IMG/VR virus record: IMGVR_UViG_3300029319_000010
Coordinates: 32,001-96,000 of that record
DNA length: 64,000 nt
Direction: 5' to 3' (one strand)
Source: a virus
The notes below the pieces were generated by a model. It was not told the DNA's origin, did no database searches, and was given only the letters and a program-made list of their open reading frames with translations. The position numbers and the translations under genes are program-made. Of the stretch, positions 28,245-38,074 are shown in pieces (position 1 is the first letter of the stretch; every line of letters starts with the position of its first letter).

Positions 28245-28384
28245 AGTAACAACGTCACCACTGACGTACAAACAATACCAGTATTAAAAGTACTGTTATA
28301 GTAAACAGTTGTTATGATTGTTTATTTAAGTGGGTAGTGATTAAGGAGGGACATTATAGCTACTGTTCTTCCTTAATCCGTTTT

Positions 28385-28458
28385 GGTCTCATAGCTCAAT
28401 TGGATAGAGCAACAGCCTTCTAAGCTGTAGGTTCTAGGTTCAAGTCCTAGTGGGATCA
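28385..28458 (+). tRNA. tRNA-Arg (anticodon UCU)
   Basis: Acceptor stem GGTCTCA/TGGGATC; D-arm GCTC...GAGC; anticodon arm ACAGC-CTTCTAA-GCTGT; T-arm CTAGG-TTCAAGT-CCTAG; CCA not encoded. Confidence 0.95.
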
Positions 28459-28485
28459 CGAAATAAATTGTATAACTTAATAATA

Positions 28486-28944
28486 ATGACTATGAATCTA
28501 AATAATATTTTAAAGAAACTAATAACAACAGAAGATAGAAAAAACTTACATGACTATGTTTTTAATATGCTATTACACAATACAGATACAGCAGTATTAG
28601 AGTATTGTATACATGTTATCTGTGAAGATAAAAAGCCAATGAGAATAGATATAGCTGATGATATATGGTTTGACCCTAAAGATAATATGTATGACCTTGA
28701 AGATGTACTTATGTATAAAGATAGATTAATTGATGCTAATCTTATGACTGAAGAAGGTCTACTAAAAGGCAAAATTATATCAGACACAAGTTATAAAGAA
28801 GAATGTAACCCTTATGCAGCAGAATATAAAGTAGAATTTGGTATGAAAAAGTTTAAAGATATTGATAATACCAACTTCTACAAAGAGATAAGGGTTAAAA
28901 GACAAAACATATGGGGAATAGTAGAACCAGAAGATTTGGTATAG
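28486..28944 (+). CDS. Hypothetical protein
   Basis: ORF; the track start at 28450 overlaps the tRNA, so it is moved to ATG 28486. Confidence 0.6.
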   Translation: MTMNLNNILKKLITTEDRKNLHDYVFNMLLHNTDTAVLEYCIHVICEDKKPMRIDIADDIWFDPKDNMYDLEDVLMYKDRLIDANLMTEEGLLKGKIISDTSYKEECNPYAAEYKVEFGMKKFKDIDNTNFYKEIRVKRQNIWGIVEPEDLV

Positions 28945-29165
28945 TTGACCATGATGTTGTCACTGATCCTGATTTGTCTCTACAAGCTAAAGGTGTTTAT
29001 GCAGTCATAAGCACCTTTTGCAACACCAACAGAACTTGTTATCCATCCATTGCAACTATTGCAGATTTATGTGATGTGAGTACAAGAACTGTGGATAGAA
29101 AGCTTAAAGAATTGAAAGATAAAGGTTATCTTCATAGAAATGGAAAAATAATTAAATTATTATAG
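28911..29165 (+). CDS. Helix-turn-helix protein (HTH_36-like)
   Basis: LSLQAKGVY...CYPSIATIA...STRTVDRKLKELKDKGYL. Confidence 0.8.
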   Translation: MGNSRTRRFGIVDHDVVTDPDLSLQAKGVYAVISTFCNTNRTCYPSIATIADLCDVSTRTVDRKLKELKDKGYLHRNGKIIKLL

Positions 29166-29242
29166 CTATATATATGCTATATTTATTTATTGCTGTCTCA
29201 ATTAGATTAGTATAAATAAATATAATAGTATACTTTTGTGCT

Positions 29243-29509
29243 ATGATATATCAATTACCAAACGGGCGTATAATAGAACTGACATTAGAACAATACCTAG
29301 ATTTAACTGATGATGAGTTAAAAGATTTAAACGGTCTAGATTCTAGCTACACTACTGACCCTAAAGGTCCTTTCTATAAATCAATTCTTGATAAAGCAAA
29401 GAAAGAAAAGAAAGATATCTCTTCTTCAGGTAATTATGAACCTGGAGTTGATGAGATATCCAAAGATGATATCATTAATGATGAATATTTTCATCGTGAT
29501 GATACCTAA
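29243..29509 (+). CDS. Hypothetical acidic protein
   Basis: 88-aa ORF preceded by TACTTTTG (29231-29238). Confidence 0.6.
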   Translation: MIYQLPNGRIIELTLEQYLDLTDDELKDLNGLDSSYTTDPKGPFYKSILDKAKKEKKDISSSGNYEPGVDEISKDDIINDEYFHRDDT

Positions 29510-29542
29510 ACAACCAAATTAATTAACTAAATATTTTTAAAA

Positions 29543-30130
29543 ATGATTGAAAACAACCAACCAGTTGTCATTTCACGTGATGAAAGTGGCAACATTATTA
29601 GAGTATCAAAGAACAATCCTGAATACGGCTTTGTTAGAGTAGAGCAACCAACTTTTGCAATAGCAGGAGGATGGGTAGATGACAAAACTAGATCTGCAAT
29701 TATCAACGGTAAGCTTGAAAAACTACAAAGAATGCTACCAGCGTTAGAAAAAAATGAAAAGAACTTAAAAGGACAAATTATTATTACTGAACAGTTTGAT
29801 CCATTCTTTACTAACACTGAACATCCTAAGTATGAGCAATTAAGAGATAAAAATCTTAAAGTTGCAGGTGATACAGGTGTAGTTCTTAAAGGTGTAGATC
29901 CTGAAACAGGTGAAGAAAGACCTATTTATAGAAAAACTGAATTCACTAGTGATATGAATGCTACTGATACTTTTATTTCTCACATTAACAGTGATGAGAT
30001 AAGAGCAGCACAAGCAGGAACTACAACTAAAGAAGCAAAAGAAGATTTCATGGCAGCAGCAGAAGAAGCTGACAAAGAAGTTGAGAAAGAAGAAGAAGTA
30101 GAAATGCAAGATGAAACTTTTGAGCTATAG
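29543..30130 (+). CDS. Putative single-stranded DNA-binding protein
   Basis: Beta-rich N-terminus, acidic tail ending ETFEL, followed by a strong terminator. Confidence 0.5.
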   Translation: MIENNQPVVISRDESGNIIRVSKNNPEYGFVRVEQPTFAIAGGWVDDKTRSAIINGKLEKLQRMLPALEKNEKNLKGQIIITEQFDPFFTNTEHPKYEQLRDKNLKVAGDTGVVLKGVDPETGEERPIYRKTEFTSDMNATDTFISHINSDEIRAAQAGTTTKEAKEDFMAAAEEADKEVEKEEEVEMQDETFEL

Positions 30131-30172
30131 GTCTGTTAACACCTTAAGTTAATAATTTATTTCAAGTGAATT

Positions 30173-30203
30173 AGGGATTGTTAGAAATAGCAATCCCTTT
30201 TTC
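30173..30203 (+). terminator. Intrinsic terminator
   Basis: AGGGATTGTTA-GAAA-TAGCAATCCCT followed by a T-run. Confidence 0.8.
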
Positions 30204-30230
30204 TTTATACAAACATTTAAATAAATAATC

Positions 30231-30716
30231 ATGTTAGATAAAAATCAAGCAAATAAAATAAAATTACAACAAAGAAAAGATAGATACGAATACATGGGTT
30301 TACTAACTGAGTATCAATTAGTTATGAACACAGGTAGTTTCGTTGAGTATACTAAATTAAATCCAAAGCAACACTTTATATTTAAAAGAGTATTGCATGG
30401 TCTAAAGATGTATAATGAAGCAGAGATTGCTAAAATGCATTGGGATAAAAAGAGAAGAGTGATTAAAGTATGGAAGCGTGGTCAAGAGGTTATTAATGAG
30501 TTAAAACAATGGGTAGCTTATAAGCAAGTTCAACCTATTTTTCGTATATTTGCTAAGTCTGAATTAGGCAGGGCAATATATGAATCTGAGTTTGAATATT
30601 TACCAGACTACAGGAATAAACATACACTTAAAGACTTAGGATTAAACTATTCAGATTTAATTCTAAAGTTTATGAGTGTAGGATTAGTTCCTAAAAACTT
30701 TTATAGTTTAAAATGA
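30231..30716 (+). CDS. Hypothetical protein
   Basis: 161-aa ORF. Confidence 0.65.
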   Translation: MLDKNQANKIKLQQRKDRYEYMGLLTEYQLVMNTGSFVEYTKLNPKQHFIFKRVLHGLKMYNEAEIAKMHWDKKRRVIKVWKRGQEVINELKQWVAYKQVQPIFRIFAKSELGRAIYESEFEYLPDYRNKHTLKDLGLNYSDLILKFMSVGLVPKNFYSLK

Positions 30717-30976
30717 GACAGAAATCAAAAAAAATGCAGAAGCTTGATGCAAAGTATAGTAAATTAAGGAGGGTATTTCTTGATGACTATCCTATGTGTC
30801 AAGCTGCACTGCCTAAATGTACTGTTAAATCTACAGATGTGCATCATAAGAAAGGTAGGGGGATCTACCATAATGATGTAAGTACGTGGTTATCAGTATG
30901 TAGGAACTGTCACAACTGGATAGAACTAAATCCAGTAGAGGCAGAAGAATTAGGATTTTCAATTAAAAGAATATGA
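30713..30976 (+). CDS. HNH-family nuclease/Zn-finger protein
   Basis: CQ...C...DVHHKKGR...CRNCH. Confidence 0.75.
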   Translation: MRQKSKKMQKLDAKYSKLRRVFLDDYPMCQAALPKCTVKSTDVHHKKGRGIYHNDVSTWLSVCRNCHNWIELNPVEAEELGFSIKRI

Positions 30977-31209
30977 TTAAATTATTACAATACTTAGCAG
31001 TAACTTTAAAAAGAGAAGATTTATATAATCTTGCAATGTTTTTGTCAGAGAATCCTGACATTATAGATCAAGAAACTTTAATGCATATAGTAGATGAAGT
31101 TGATGGATGGAACAGTAACAATGAACTGTACCGTGAAGAACACAATAAACTTATTGAAGATAAAAAACTTAAAGATTTATTAAGAGATAATAACATTAAT
31201 TTAAATTAA
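30973..31209 (+). CDS. Hypothetical protein
   Basis: 78-aa ORF with ATGA overlap. Confidence 0.55.
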   Translation: MIKLLQYLAVTLKREDLYNLAMFLSENPDIIDQETLMHIVDEVDGWNSNNELYREEHNKLIEDKKLKDLLRDNNINLN

Positions 31210-31210
31210 G

Positions 31211-31408
31211 ATGAGAAAAAAAATTTTTAATATGAGTAAACATTTATTAGTATTACTTATAATGTTAACAGCACTTAGTTGCGGATCATACGGTATGTTT
31301 TATACACTATTTCATGGATGGGTATACATAATATTATTTATAATTAGTGGTGCATCATTTGCACTTAGTATGTTTATACTATATACACTTTCTAATCAAT
31401 CAAAATAA
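31211..31408 (+). CDS. Small membrane protein
   Basis: Two hydrophobic segments. Confidence 0.5.
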   Translation: MRKKIFNMSKHLLVLLIMLTALSCGSYGMFYTLFHGWVYIILFIISGASFALSMFILYTLSNQSK

Positions 31409-32514
31409 TGGAAGTGAAGGAAATATCAAGAGATAAAGTACAAGCTGATGCATTAGATGTAGCAATACAGAATGTAAGAGCAACTCTAGCAGTATCTATG
31501 GGAGTAGGTAAAACTAGAGTTGCTATTCAGCATTTAATGAAACTATATGATTCTTTTATAAGGGTGTTAGTTGTTGTACCAAAGTGGTCTGTAAAAGATT
31601 CTTGGGAAGATGAACTACAAAAGATGGGTGAGCTTAGACTTGTACATCATATAGAGTTTTGCACATACTTATCATTAAATAAAAAGAATCCAAATGATTA
31701 TGATATAGTCTATCTTGATGAATGTCATAGCTTATTAGAATCACATGAATCATTTCTCTCTGAGTTTAAAGGTAGAATACTGGGACTTACTGGTACACCA
31801 CCAAGATCAGGAGAGAAGCTAAAGATGGTTAATAAGTATTGTCCTGTTAAATATACATTTAGTGTAGATGATGCAGCTGACAATGATATACTTAATGACT
31901 ATCAGATTATAGTACATGAACTTGAATTATCAAGAGTAAAAAATGTTAAGAAGTCTACAAGAGATGGAAGAACATGGTATACATCTGAGAAAGCAGATTA
32001 TGATTACTTTACTGGTGCACTGGGAGATGCACAAACACCAAAGCAGAAACAATATTTATCTATTATGCGTATGAAAGCAATGATGGATTATCCTACTAAA
32101 GAAAATTATGCTAAAGGTATAATTAAAAATATAGGATCTAAATGTATTGTCTTTGCTAATACGCAAGCACAAGCAGATAGAATGTGTCAACATAGTTATC
32201 ATTCTAAAAACACTGCATCGGAGGATAACTTACAGTTATTTAGTGATGGTAGAATAGATAAGCTATCTTGTGTATTACAACTAAGTGAGGGAGTTACTAT
32301 ACCTAACTTACGTCAAGGTATTATTATGCATGCATATGGCAATGAAAGAAAATCAGCACAACGTATTGGTAGGTTGCTGCGACTTAATCCTACTGAGACT
32401 GCTACATGTCATATATTATGTTATAAGAATACACAAGATGTTAAGTGGGTTAACTCCGCACTTAGTTCTTTTGATGAAACTAAAGTTAAATATTATAATC
32501 CGTTAAATAAATGA
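31408..32514 (+). CDS. Superfamily 2 helicase (UvsW/ResIII-like)
   Basis: MGVGKT, DECH, TGT and QRIGRLLR motifs. Confidence 0.9.
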   Translation: MEVKEISRDKVQADALDVAIQNVRATLAVSMGVGKTRVAIQHLMKLYDSFIRVLVVVPKWSVKDSWEDELQKMGELRLVHHIEFCTYLSLNKKNPNDYDIVYLDECHSLLESHESFLSEFKGRILGLTGTPPRSGEKLKMVNKYCPVKYTFSVDDAADNDILNDYQIIVHELELSRVKNVKKSTRDGRTWYTSEKADYDYFTGALGDAQTPKQKQYLSIMRMKAMMDYPTKENYAKGIIKNIGSKCIVFANTQAQADRMCQHSYHSKNTASEDNLQLFSDGRIDKLSCVLQLSEGVTIPNLRQGIIMHAYGNERKSAQRIGRLLRLNPTETATCHILCYKNTQDVKWVNSALSSFDETKVKYYNPLNK

Positions 32515-32602
32515 CAGAATTAATTGCACTTGGCACAGCCCTTATCCTTGCGTTAGGGGCTGGTGTCATTATAGGAATGTACGTTACAACACAAATAGGA
32601 TC

Positions 32603-32809
32603 ATGGATAGACAAGAACACCAAGAAATAATTTGTTGCTTATGTAATAAAAAGTTTACAGGTTATGGACATAATCCATTACCTCTATATAATTCAGAAGG
32701 AAGAGCTTGTTCTGCATGTAATATGTTAAAAGTTATTCCTGCAAGGTTAATACTAAAAAATCATAGAGATGGGAAAGATGAAAAACATCTACATTCAGAT
32801 GAAGAATGA
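32603..32809 (+). CDS. Small Zn-finger protein
   Basis: CCLC...GYGHNPLP...CSACN...VIPAR. Confidence 0.6.
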   Translation: MDRQEHQEIICCLCNKKFTGYGHNPLPLYNSEGRACSACNMLKVIPARLILKNHRDGKDEKHLHSDEE

Positions 32810-32874
32810 AAACTGGAAGGGAACTCCAGCAGAATACTTAAAGAAAATAATTAAAGAAAAAGAATATAAAAAAA

Positions 32875-33129
32875 ATGTTGAAGAATTATACAAAAAGAAT
32901 TAATGAATGGGATCTAGATATAGAATATAAATATATACCAGCTGAACTTGCTACACATGACTATCCTGGTACAGGATCTACTGTAGAAATAGGAGCTATT
33001 TACTTATGGAATGATGCTATAAATGTATCAACTGATGAACCGGTTGATATGTCTAGTTTCTTTTATGAGTTGTGTCCAGAGACAATGTATGAGTTAGAAA
33101 AAGAAATAACAGAATATCATGAAGGGTAA
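32875..33129 (+). CDS. Hypothetical acidic protein
   Basis: 84-aa ORF. Confidence 0.55.
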   Translation: MLKNYTKRINEWDLDIEYKYIPAELATHDYPGTGSTVEIGAIYLWNDAINVSTDEPVDMSSFFYELCPETMYELEKEITEYHEG

Positions 33130-33502
33130 TTTCTTTTCAATATTAAAGAAAGTGGATGGAGAACTTGTCCACACTATAAAAGCAAAAGGTACACTCTATA
33201 AGAATTGGGTTAAAGAGTTACCTGAAGATACAAAGGTAGAAATATTTGTTAGTGTGGCTGGAGAAGATGGAACTAATGCACAACTTGCAAAGATCCATGC
33301 TATGATCAGAGAGTTAGCAAATGAAGTTGGCCATACCTTTAATGAAATTAAACTTGAGGCTAAGAGAAATACAGGTTTATGTTTTGTTAGAGATAAGCAA
33401 GAGTATTGTAAATCATTTAAGGACTGCAGTAAGCAAGAATTAAATCTAGTTATACAGTCCTTAATTGAAATGGGGGATTTTGCTAATACTAATCTTCGTT
33501 AG
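33119..33502 (+). CDS. NinB/YbcN-like protein (tentative)
   Basis: TNAQLAKIHAMIRELA...KSFKDCSKQEL pattern. Confidence 0.45.
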   Translation: MKGNFFSILKKVDGELVHTIKAKGTLYKNWVKELPEDTKVEIFVSVAGEDGTNAQLAKIHAMIRELANEVGHTFNEIKLEAKRNTGLCFVRDKQEYCKSFKDCSKQELNLVIQSLIEMGDFANTNLR

Positions 33503-34082
33503 TTTTTTTATCCTTGTCAGTGATACCTTCTATAGGTTTATAGTCTTTAGTTATGTTGTCTATTTCTTCTTGAGTAACTTCATAACTAGGATCATCTTGT
33601 AGTTTACCTATAAACTCTGTTATATTATCTCCTATAGATTGATTTGTAGCTAATAATTTTCCTTGTTCTTGAGCTTGAAAATTTATTTCAGTTAATATAC
33701 TCATTAGACACCATATAGCCATATCTCCAGATGTTATCTTTTTAGGATCTTTTATACCTTCAAAGTCTGTTTGTATATTGAGCATGGCTCTTAATACTTC
33801 ATCTTTAGACATTCTAGACATACAAAAGTTTAATGTATCTTGGATAGCATTTTTAAATGTACCTGATATAGGTATATTTATAATAGCTTCATTAGGAATT
33901 ACAAAAGATTTTTGTTTGTATGTATCAGAGTTTCTTAATTCATGTTGTTTTTTTCTCATTGCTTCCCATTCAGCCTGATCTTTGGCTATATATGGGTCTT
34001 TGAGCTTTTTCATTTCTTCTTCAGAAATAATTTTAATTTTTTTATTTATTTCTTCTGGAGTTTGTTCTTTTTTCTTAGCCAT
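33489..34082 (-). CDS. Hypothetical protein (lone leftward gene in the early block)
   Basis: Start at ATG 34082; preceded by TATATTTG on the minus strand (34101-34108). Confidence 0.65.
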   Translation of the reverse strand: MAKKKEQTPEEINKKIKIISEEEMKKLKDPYIAKDQAEWEAMRKKQHELRNSDTYKQKSFVIPNEAIINIPISGTFKNAIQDTLNFCMSRMSKDEVLRAMLNIQTDFEGIKDPKKITSGDMAIWCLMSILTEINFQAQEQGKLLATNQSIGDNITEFIGKLQDDPSYEVTQEEIDNITKDYKPIEGITDKDKKTNED

Positions 34083-34135
34083 AATAATATTATTTATAAA
34101 CAAATATATAGATAATAATATTAATAAAAAAATAT

Positions 34136-34143
34136 TATATTTG
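34136..34143 (+). promoter_or_regulatory. Bacteroidota sigma-type -7 element TAnnTTTG
   Basis: TATATTTG about 20 nt upstream of ATG 34163; same element at 46954, 50500, 62928 (+), 22999, 34101 (-), and TACTTTTG at 29231. Confidence 0.65.
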
Positions 34144-34162
34144 TAAACTTAAAAAAATCAAA

Positions 34163-34708
34163 ATGTTTAAAGAAGATATGTTGAATATGACAAATGATAT
34201 TCATAACTTTAAGAATTCATTTGAATCAAAATACAATAAAAATATAAGTATATTAGTGACAGAAAATTCTGATGTTGTTGTAAATGTAAAACAATGGCAA
34301 GATGAAATAGAGGCCATGAAAGATGCACATCAGGATAGAACTATACAGATACTAGAAAAACTAGTATTAAGTACAATGCGTACATTATATCCTGAATTTA
34401 AAGGATGGAGATCTTTAGGTAAAGATTGTAGAATAAGAGAGTTTGTAATATTTAAACAACTTTTTTGTTATATGTGTAATAGAATAGGATTTACACTACA
34501 ATATACAGGTAACCATATTAATAAACATCATGCTAGTGTATTACATAGTATTAGACAAGTAGAAGGTTTATTAGATATTGGTGACCCTCAAATGTGTGAA
34601 GCTTATAATAAATTAAAAGAAAATATTAAAAATTATGTTAGAACTATTCCAGAAGATATTAAAAGACAAGCTTACACCCAACCAATTACTTCTTTTGTAT
34701 GGGATTAA
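34163..34708 (+). CDS. DnaA C-terminal (domain IV)-like HTH protein
   Basis: RIREFVIFKQLFCY...TLQYTG...KHHASVLHSIR resembles the DnaA-C RDHTTVxHA signature. Confidence 0.7.
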   Translation: MFKEDMLNMTNDIHNFKNSFESKYNKNISILVTENSDVVVNVKQWQDEIEAMKDAHQDRTIQILEKLVLSTMRTLYPEFKGWRSLGKDCRIREFVIFKQLFCYMCNRIGFTLQYTGNHINKHHASVLHSIRQVEGLLDIGDPQMCEAYNKLKENIKNYVRTIPEDIKRQAYTQPITSFVWD

Positions 34709-35240
34709 GAATAGCATTTCTTTTCCTAATTACCCTGAAGCTAAACAGTATGATGTAGGTCAATTAATTAAGTTAGGTTTATTAGCATTTAAAGAAGGAG
34801 CAAACTATTATGTAACGCCAAAAGGTAAATCTATTGTTACAAAGTATAATAATTTATACAAAGTAGCAAAGAAGAGAACTACTAAACAGTTATTGGGTGA
34901 AAACTATACAGAATTTCTTAAGCTATATAGAGAAGCATTTCCTAAAGGTAAACTACCAAGTGGTAAACCTGCAAGAGTTAATATGAGAACATTAGAAAAT
35001 TGTTTTAGATGGTTCTTTGAAACTTATGATTATACTTGGGATGAAATTGCACAAGCTACTCTTATGTATGTAAGTGAGTATGAAGATAAAGAGTATATGT
35101 ATATGAAAACAAGTCAATACTTTGTCTGTAAACAAGACAAACATAAAGTAAAACATTCAGAGCTAGCTGATTATTGTGATATGGTACGTGATGGTATACA
35201 ACCTGATACTAATGAACCTTTTAAAGAGAAAGTTGTATGA
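34635..35240 (+). CDS. Putative replication initiator/helicase loader with N-terminal wHTH
   Basis: LIKLGLL...YVTPKG wHTH pattern; directly upstream of DnaB. Confidence 0.45.
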   Translation: MLELFQKILKDKLTPNQLLLLYGIKNSISFPNYPEAKQYDVGQLIKLGLLAFKEGANYYVTPKGKSIVTKYNNLYKVAKKRTTKQLLGENYTEFLKLYREAFPKGKLPSGKPARVNMRTLENCFRWFFETYDYTWDEIAQATLMYVSEYEDKEYMYMKTSQYFVCKQDKHKVKHSELADYCDMVRDGIQPDTNEPFKEKVV

Positions 35241-36190
35241 GTAAAATTAAACCAGCATGGGACGGACAATATCAGTCTTTTAATGAAGCACTGAAATATA
35301 TGCTAGCTAGGCAGAGTGGTAAAGAGAAATCTATACAAACACCATGGCCTAAGTTTAATGATGCTATTACAGATGGATTAGAATGGAACACTCTTACTGT
35401 GATTGGTGGTAGACCAGGATCAGGTAAAACTTTGATTAAAGATCAAATAATACGTGAGTCTTTCATTCTTAATCCTGAAGAAGAATATAGAGTACTTGAA
35501 TTTCAATTTGAGATGGTAGGTAGAACATCAGCACTTAGAGAGTTTAGTTCTTTAACAGGTAAAACTTATAAAGAATTATGTAGTGCTGGTACTAAATTAA
35601 CTAAGGATACATTTGACCAATGTCATATGTATGCAAAGAATAGGATTAAGAGTCCTGTTGATATTATTAGTACACCTATGACTGTTAATCAAATGAGAGA
35701 TCAAGTTGATATCTATATGAATATACATCAAAAGAAAACTATTATCACCTTAGATCATAGTATTCTTGTTAAGAGAGCACCTTATCAAAACAATAGATTA
35801 GATATGTTGTTTGAACTAGGTGAGTTCTTTACTGAAGTTAAACGTAAATATCCTTGTATGTTTATATGTTTATCACAATTAAATAGGAACATAGATAATC
35901 CTGATAGAGCACAGAATGGTAAGTATGGTAACTATGTATTAGAATCAGATATATTTGGTTCAGATGCAATGCTACAACATGCTGATACCTTAATTGGTAT
36001 TAACCGTCCTGCTAAACAAAAGATTAGATACTATGGTCCTGATAGATTTATAATAGAGGATGATAGAACTCTTGTATTACATTTTCTAAAAGCAAGGAAT
36101 GGTGATACACGTATGAGTTTCTTCAGAGCAGAATTTGAAAATATGAAAATAACTGAGATGGATACACCACCTCAACAAGAAAGAAGATAA
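35237..36190 (+). CDS. dnaB: DnaB-like replicative helicase
   Basis: GGRPGSGKT, FQFEM, LDH, LSQLNR and KARNG motifs. Confidence 0.9.
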   Translation: MSKIKPAWDGQYQSFNEALKYMLARQSGKEKSIQTPWPKFNDAITDGLEWNTLTVIGGRPGSGKTLIKDQIIRESFILNPEEEYRVLEFQFEMVGRTSALREFSSLTGKTYKELCSAGTKLTKDTFDQCHMYAKNRIKSPVDIISTPMTVNQMRDQVDIYMNIHQKKTIITLDHSILVKRAPYQNNRLDMLFELGEFFTEVKRKYPCMFICLSQLNRNIDNPDRAQNGKYGNYVLESDIFGSDAMLQHADTLIGINRPAKQKIRYYGPDRFIIEDDRTLVLHFLKARNGDTRMSFFRAEFENMKITEMDTPPQQERR

Positions 36191-36690
36191 TGATTAAAAC
36201 TAAAAGTATGACTCCACAAGAGCGTAAAGCAAAAGTATTAGAATTAAGAAAAGAGCATGAAGATTACTTTCAAAAAGAAGGTAATGTAAATGCATTATAT
36301 ATTCCTAAGATGGCATATAGACCATCTGGTAAAGATGAACTACACGTATCATTCTTTCCAAGTGAGTTTCAAAAGGGTAGAGATATCTATACTGAGTTTG
36401 TTAGTATAGAGTATGACTCTGAAGATCCTAAAAGAACTTTGTATTTATTAAAACATAATCCTGATTGGTCAAATGATTATGAGATAGTAACTAGTAGTTC
36501 AGGATTTGAAAGACATATTGTTCCTGTAAGTAAGTTGATAGTTATTAATGATATTACAGATAGAGTTAAGATTGATTCACTAATTAATCCAGTGCCTGAA
36601 ATTAAAAATCCAGATGAAAGAGATATAGTAGATGTTCTTAAAGGTATTGAAAGAGCATTATTAAGTATAAACCAAAAATTAAGTAAATAA
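36190..36690 (+). CDS. Hypothetical protein
   Basis: 166-aa ORF in the replication operon. Confidence 0.65.
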   Translation: MIKTKSMTPQERKAKVLELRKEHEDYFQKEGNVNALYIPKMAYRPSGKDELHVSFFPSEFQKGRDIYTEFVSIEYDSEDPKRTLYLLKHNPDWSNDYEIVTSSSGFERHIVPVSKLIVINDITDRVKIDSLINPVPEIKNPDERDIVDVLKGIERALLSINQKLSK

Positions 36691-37373
36691 TGGCACAATC
36701 TGTATTAGTTATAGCTGACTCCGGGTCAGGTAAATCTACATCTATCAGGGATTTAGATCCTAAAGAGACATTTATTATTAACATTGCAAATAAACCTTTA
36801 CCATTTAAAGGATGGAAGAAGAATTATACAGCAATTAGTAAAGATAATCCTAAAGGTAATATGACACCAGTGTCGTCTGCTGCAGGGATTATGAAAGCTA
36901 TGATGCATGTTAATGATAAGATGCCTCATATAAAGAATCTAGTAGTTGATGACTGGCAATATATGTCCAGCTTTGAGTACTTTGATAGAGCTGATGAGAA
37001 AGGTTATGATAAGTTTACCTCTATTGCAAAGAATCTTGCACAAGTTGCTAAGATGCCTAAAGATATGAGAGATGACTTATATATATTCTTCCTTACACAC
37101 TCTGAAGAATCAACAGATGTGAATGGACACAGAAAAGTAAAAGCAAAAACTGTAGGTAAAATGATAGATAATGCTTTAACTTTGGAAGGTCTATTCTCTA
37201 TAGTCTTATTTGGCAAGGTTGTCAAAAATGAGGATGATAAGTTAAGTTATGTATTTGAAACAGTTAATAATGGAGAGAATACTTGTAAATCACCAGACGG
37301 TATGTTTGATGATGCACGTATAGATAATTCATTACAAGTTGTTAAAGATGCAATTATTGAATATGAAAATTAA
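36690..37373 (+). CDS. AAA_24-type P-loop ATPase (Sak4-like)
   Basis: ADSGSGKST, VVDD, KPLPF and CKSPDGMF; adjacent to an SSB-like gene. Confidence 0.75.
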   Translation: MAQSVLVIADSGSGKSTSIRDLDPKETFIINIANKPLPFKGWKKNYTAISKDNPKGNMTPVSSAAGIMKAMMHVNDKMPHIKNLVVDDWQYMSSFEYFDRADEKGYDKFTSIAKNLAQVAKMPKDMRDDLYIFFLTHSEESTDVNGHRKVKAKTVGKMIDNALTLEGLFSIVLFGKVVKNEDDKLSYVFETVNNGENTCKSPDGMFDDARIDNSLQVVKDAIIEYEN

Positions 37374-37378
37374 TAAAT

Positions 37379-38074
37379 ATGAATGAAGTAAATAAGAAAG
37401 TTATGTTAAATACTAAAGACATGTCTGCAGGAAGTGGACGAACAAAACCTGTATTAGATCCGGGTAATCACGTAGTTAAGATTAATTCTATTAGTCTAGA
37501 TCAAACACCGTATGATGCTGATTCATACAATATACATTTACATGTAGAGACTGCACCTATTGGTGGTGGCTTTGAAGGTTTCTTCAGAGACTATAATGAT
37601 CAATCTAAAGGTAGATATGACGGTCAAATAGGTAGAGTAAGAATTAGTCCTTATCCTTTTAAAGATACTACATTACCAAGTGGTAGAGAAATTAGCAGAG
37701 ATCAAGAGATCTTAAAGCATATGATTACTCTTGCTGAGACATTAGACATGAGAGATGGACTAGATTCTATTGAAGCAGAAACTATTGAAGATTTTATGAC
37801 TGAGTGTGATAGATTAATGGGTGGTTCTAAACTTATTAACATGTGTATAGGTGGTCGTGAGTGGGAAAACAAAGAAGGTTATATAAATAATGATCTTTAC
37901 TTACCACGTATATCTAAAGATGGTATTGCTATGGAAGCATTAGATAAAGAAAACTCTAGATTACTTAAGTTTGATCGTGCTGTGCATGTAAAAGCTTTAG
38001 TTAAGAAAGAGAGTTCTAATGATGAAACTCCATTTAAAGCAGATTCAGGGTCAGGTTCTGACTTTGAATTATAA
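37379..38074 (+). CDS. Putative single-stranded DNA-binding protein
   Basis: LDPGNHVVKI OB-fold-like start; acidic tail ending SDFEL; follows the AAA_24 ATPase. Confidence 0.6.
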   Translation: MNEVNKKVMLNTKDMSAGSGRTKPVLDPGNHVVKINSISLDQTPYDADSYNIHLHVETAPIGGGFEGFFRDYNDQSKGRYDGQIGRVRISPYPFKDTTLPSGREISRDQEILKHMITLAETLDMRDGLDSIEAETIEDFMTECDRLMGGSKLINMCIGGREWENKEGYINNDLYLPRISKDGIAMEALDKENSRLLKFDRAVHVKALVKKESSNDETPFKADSGSGSDFEL

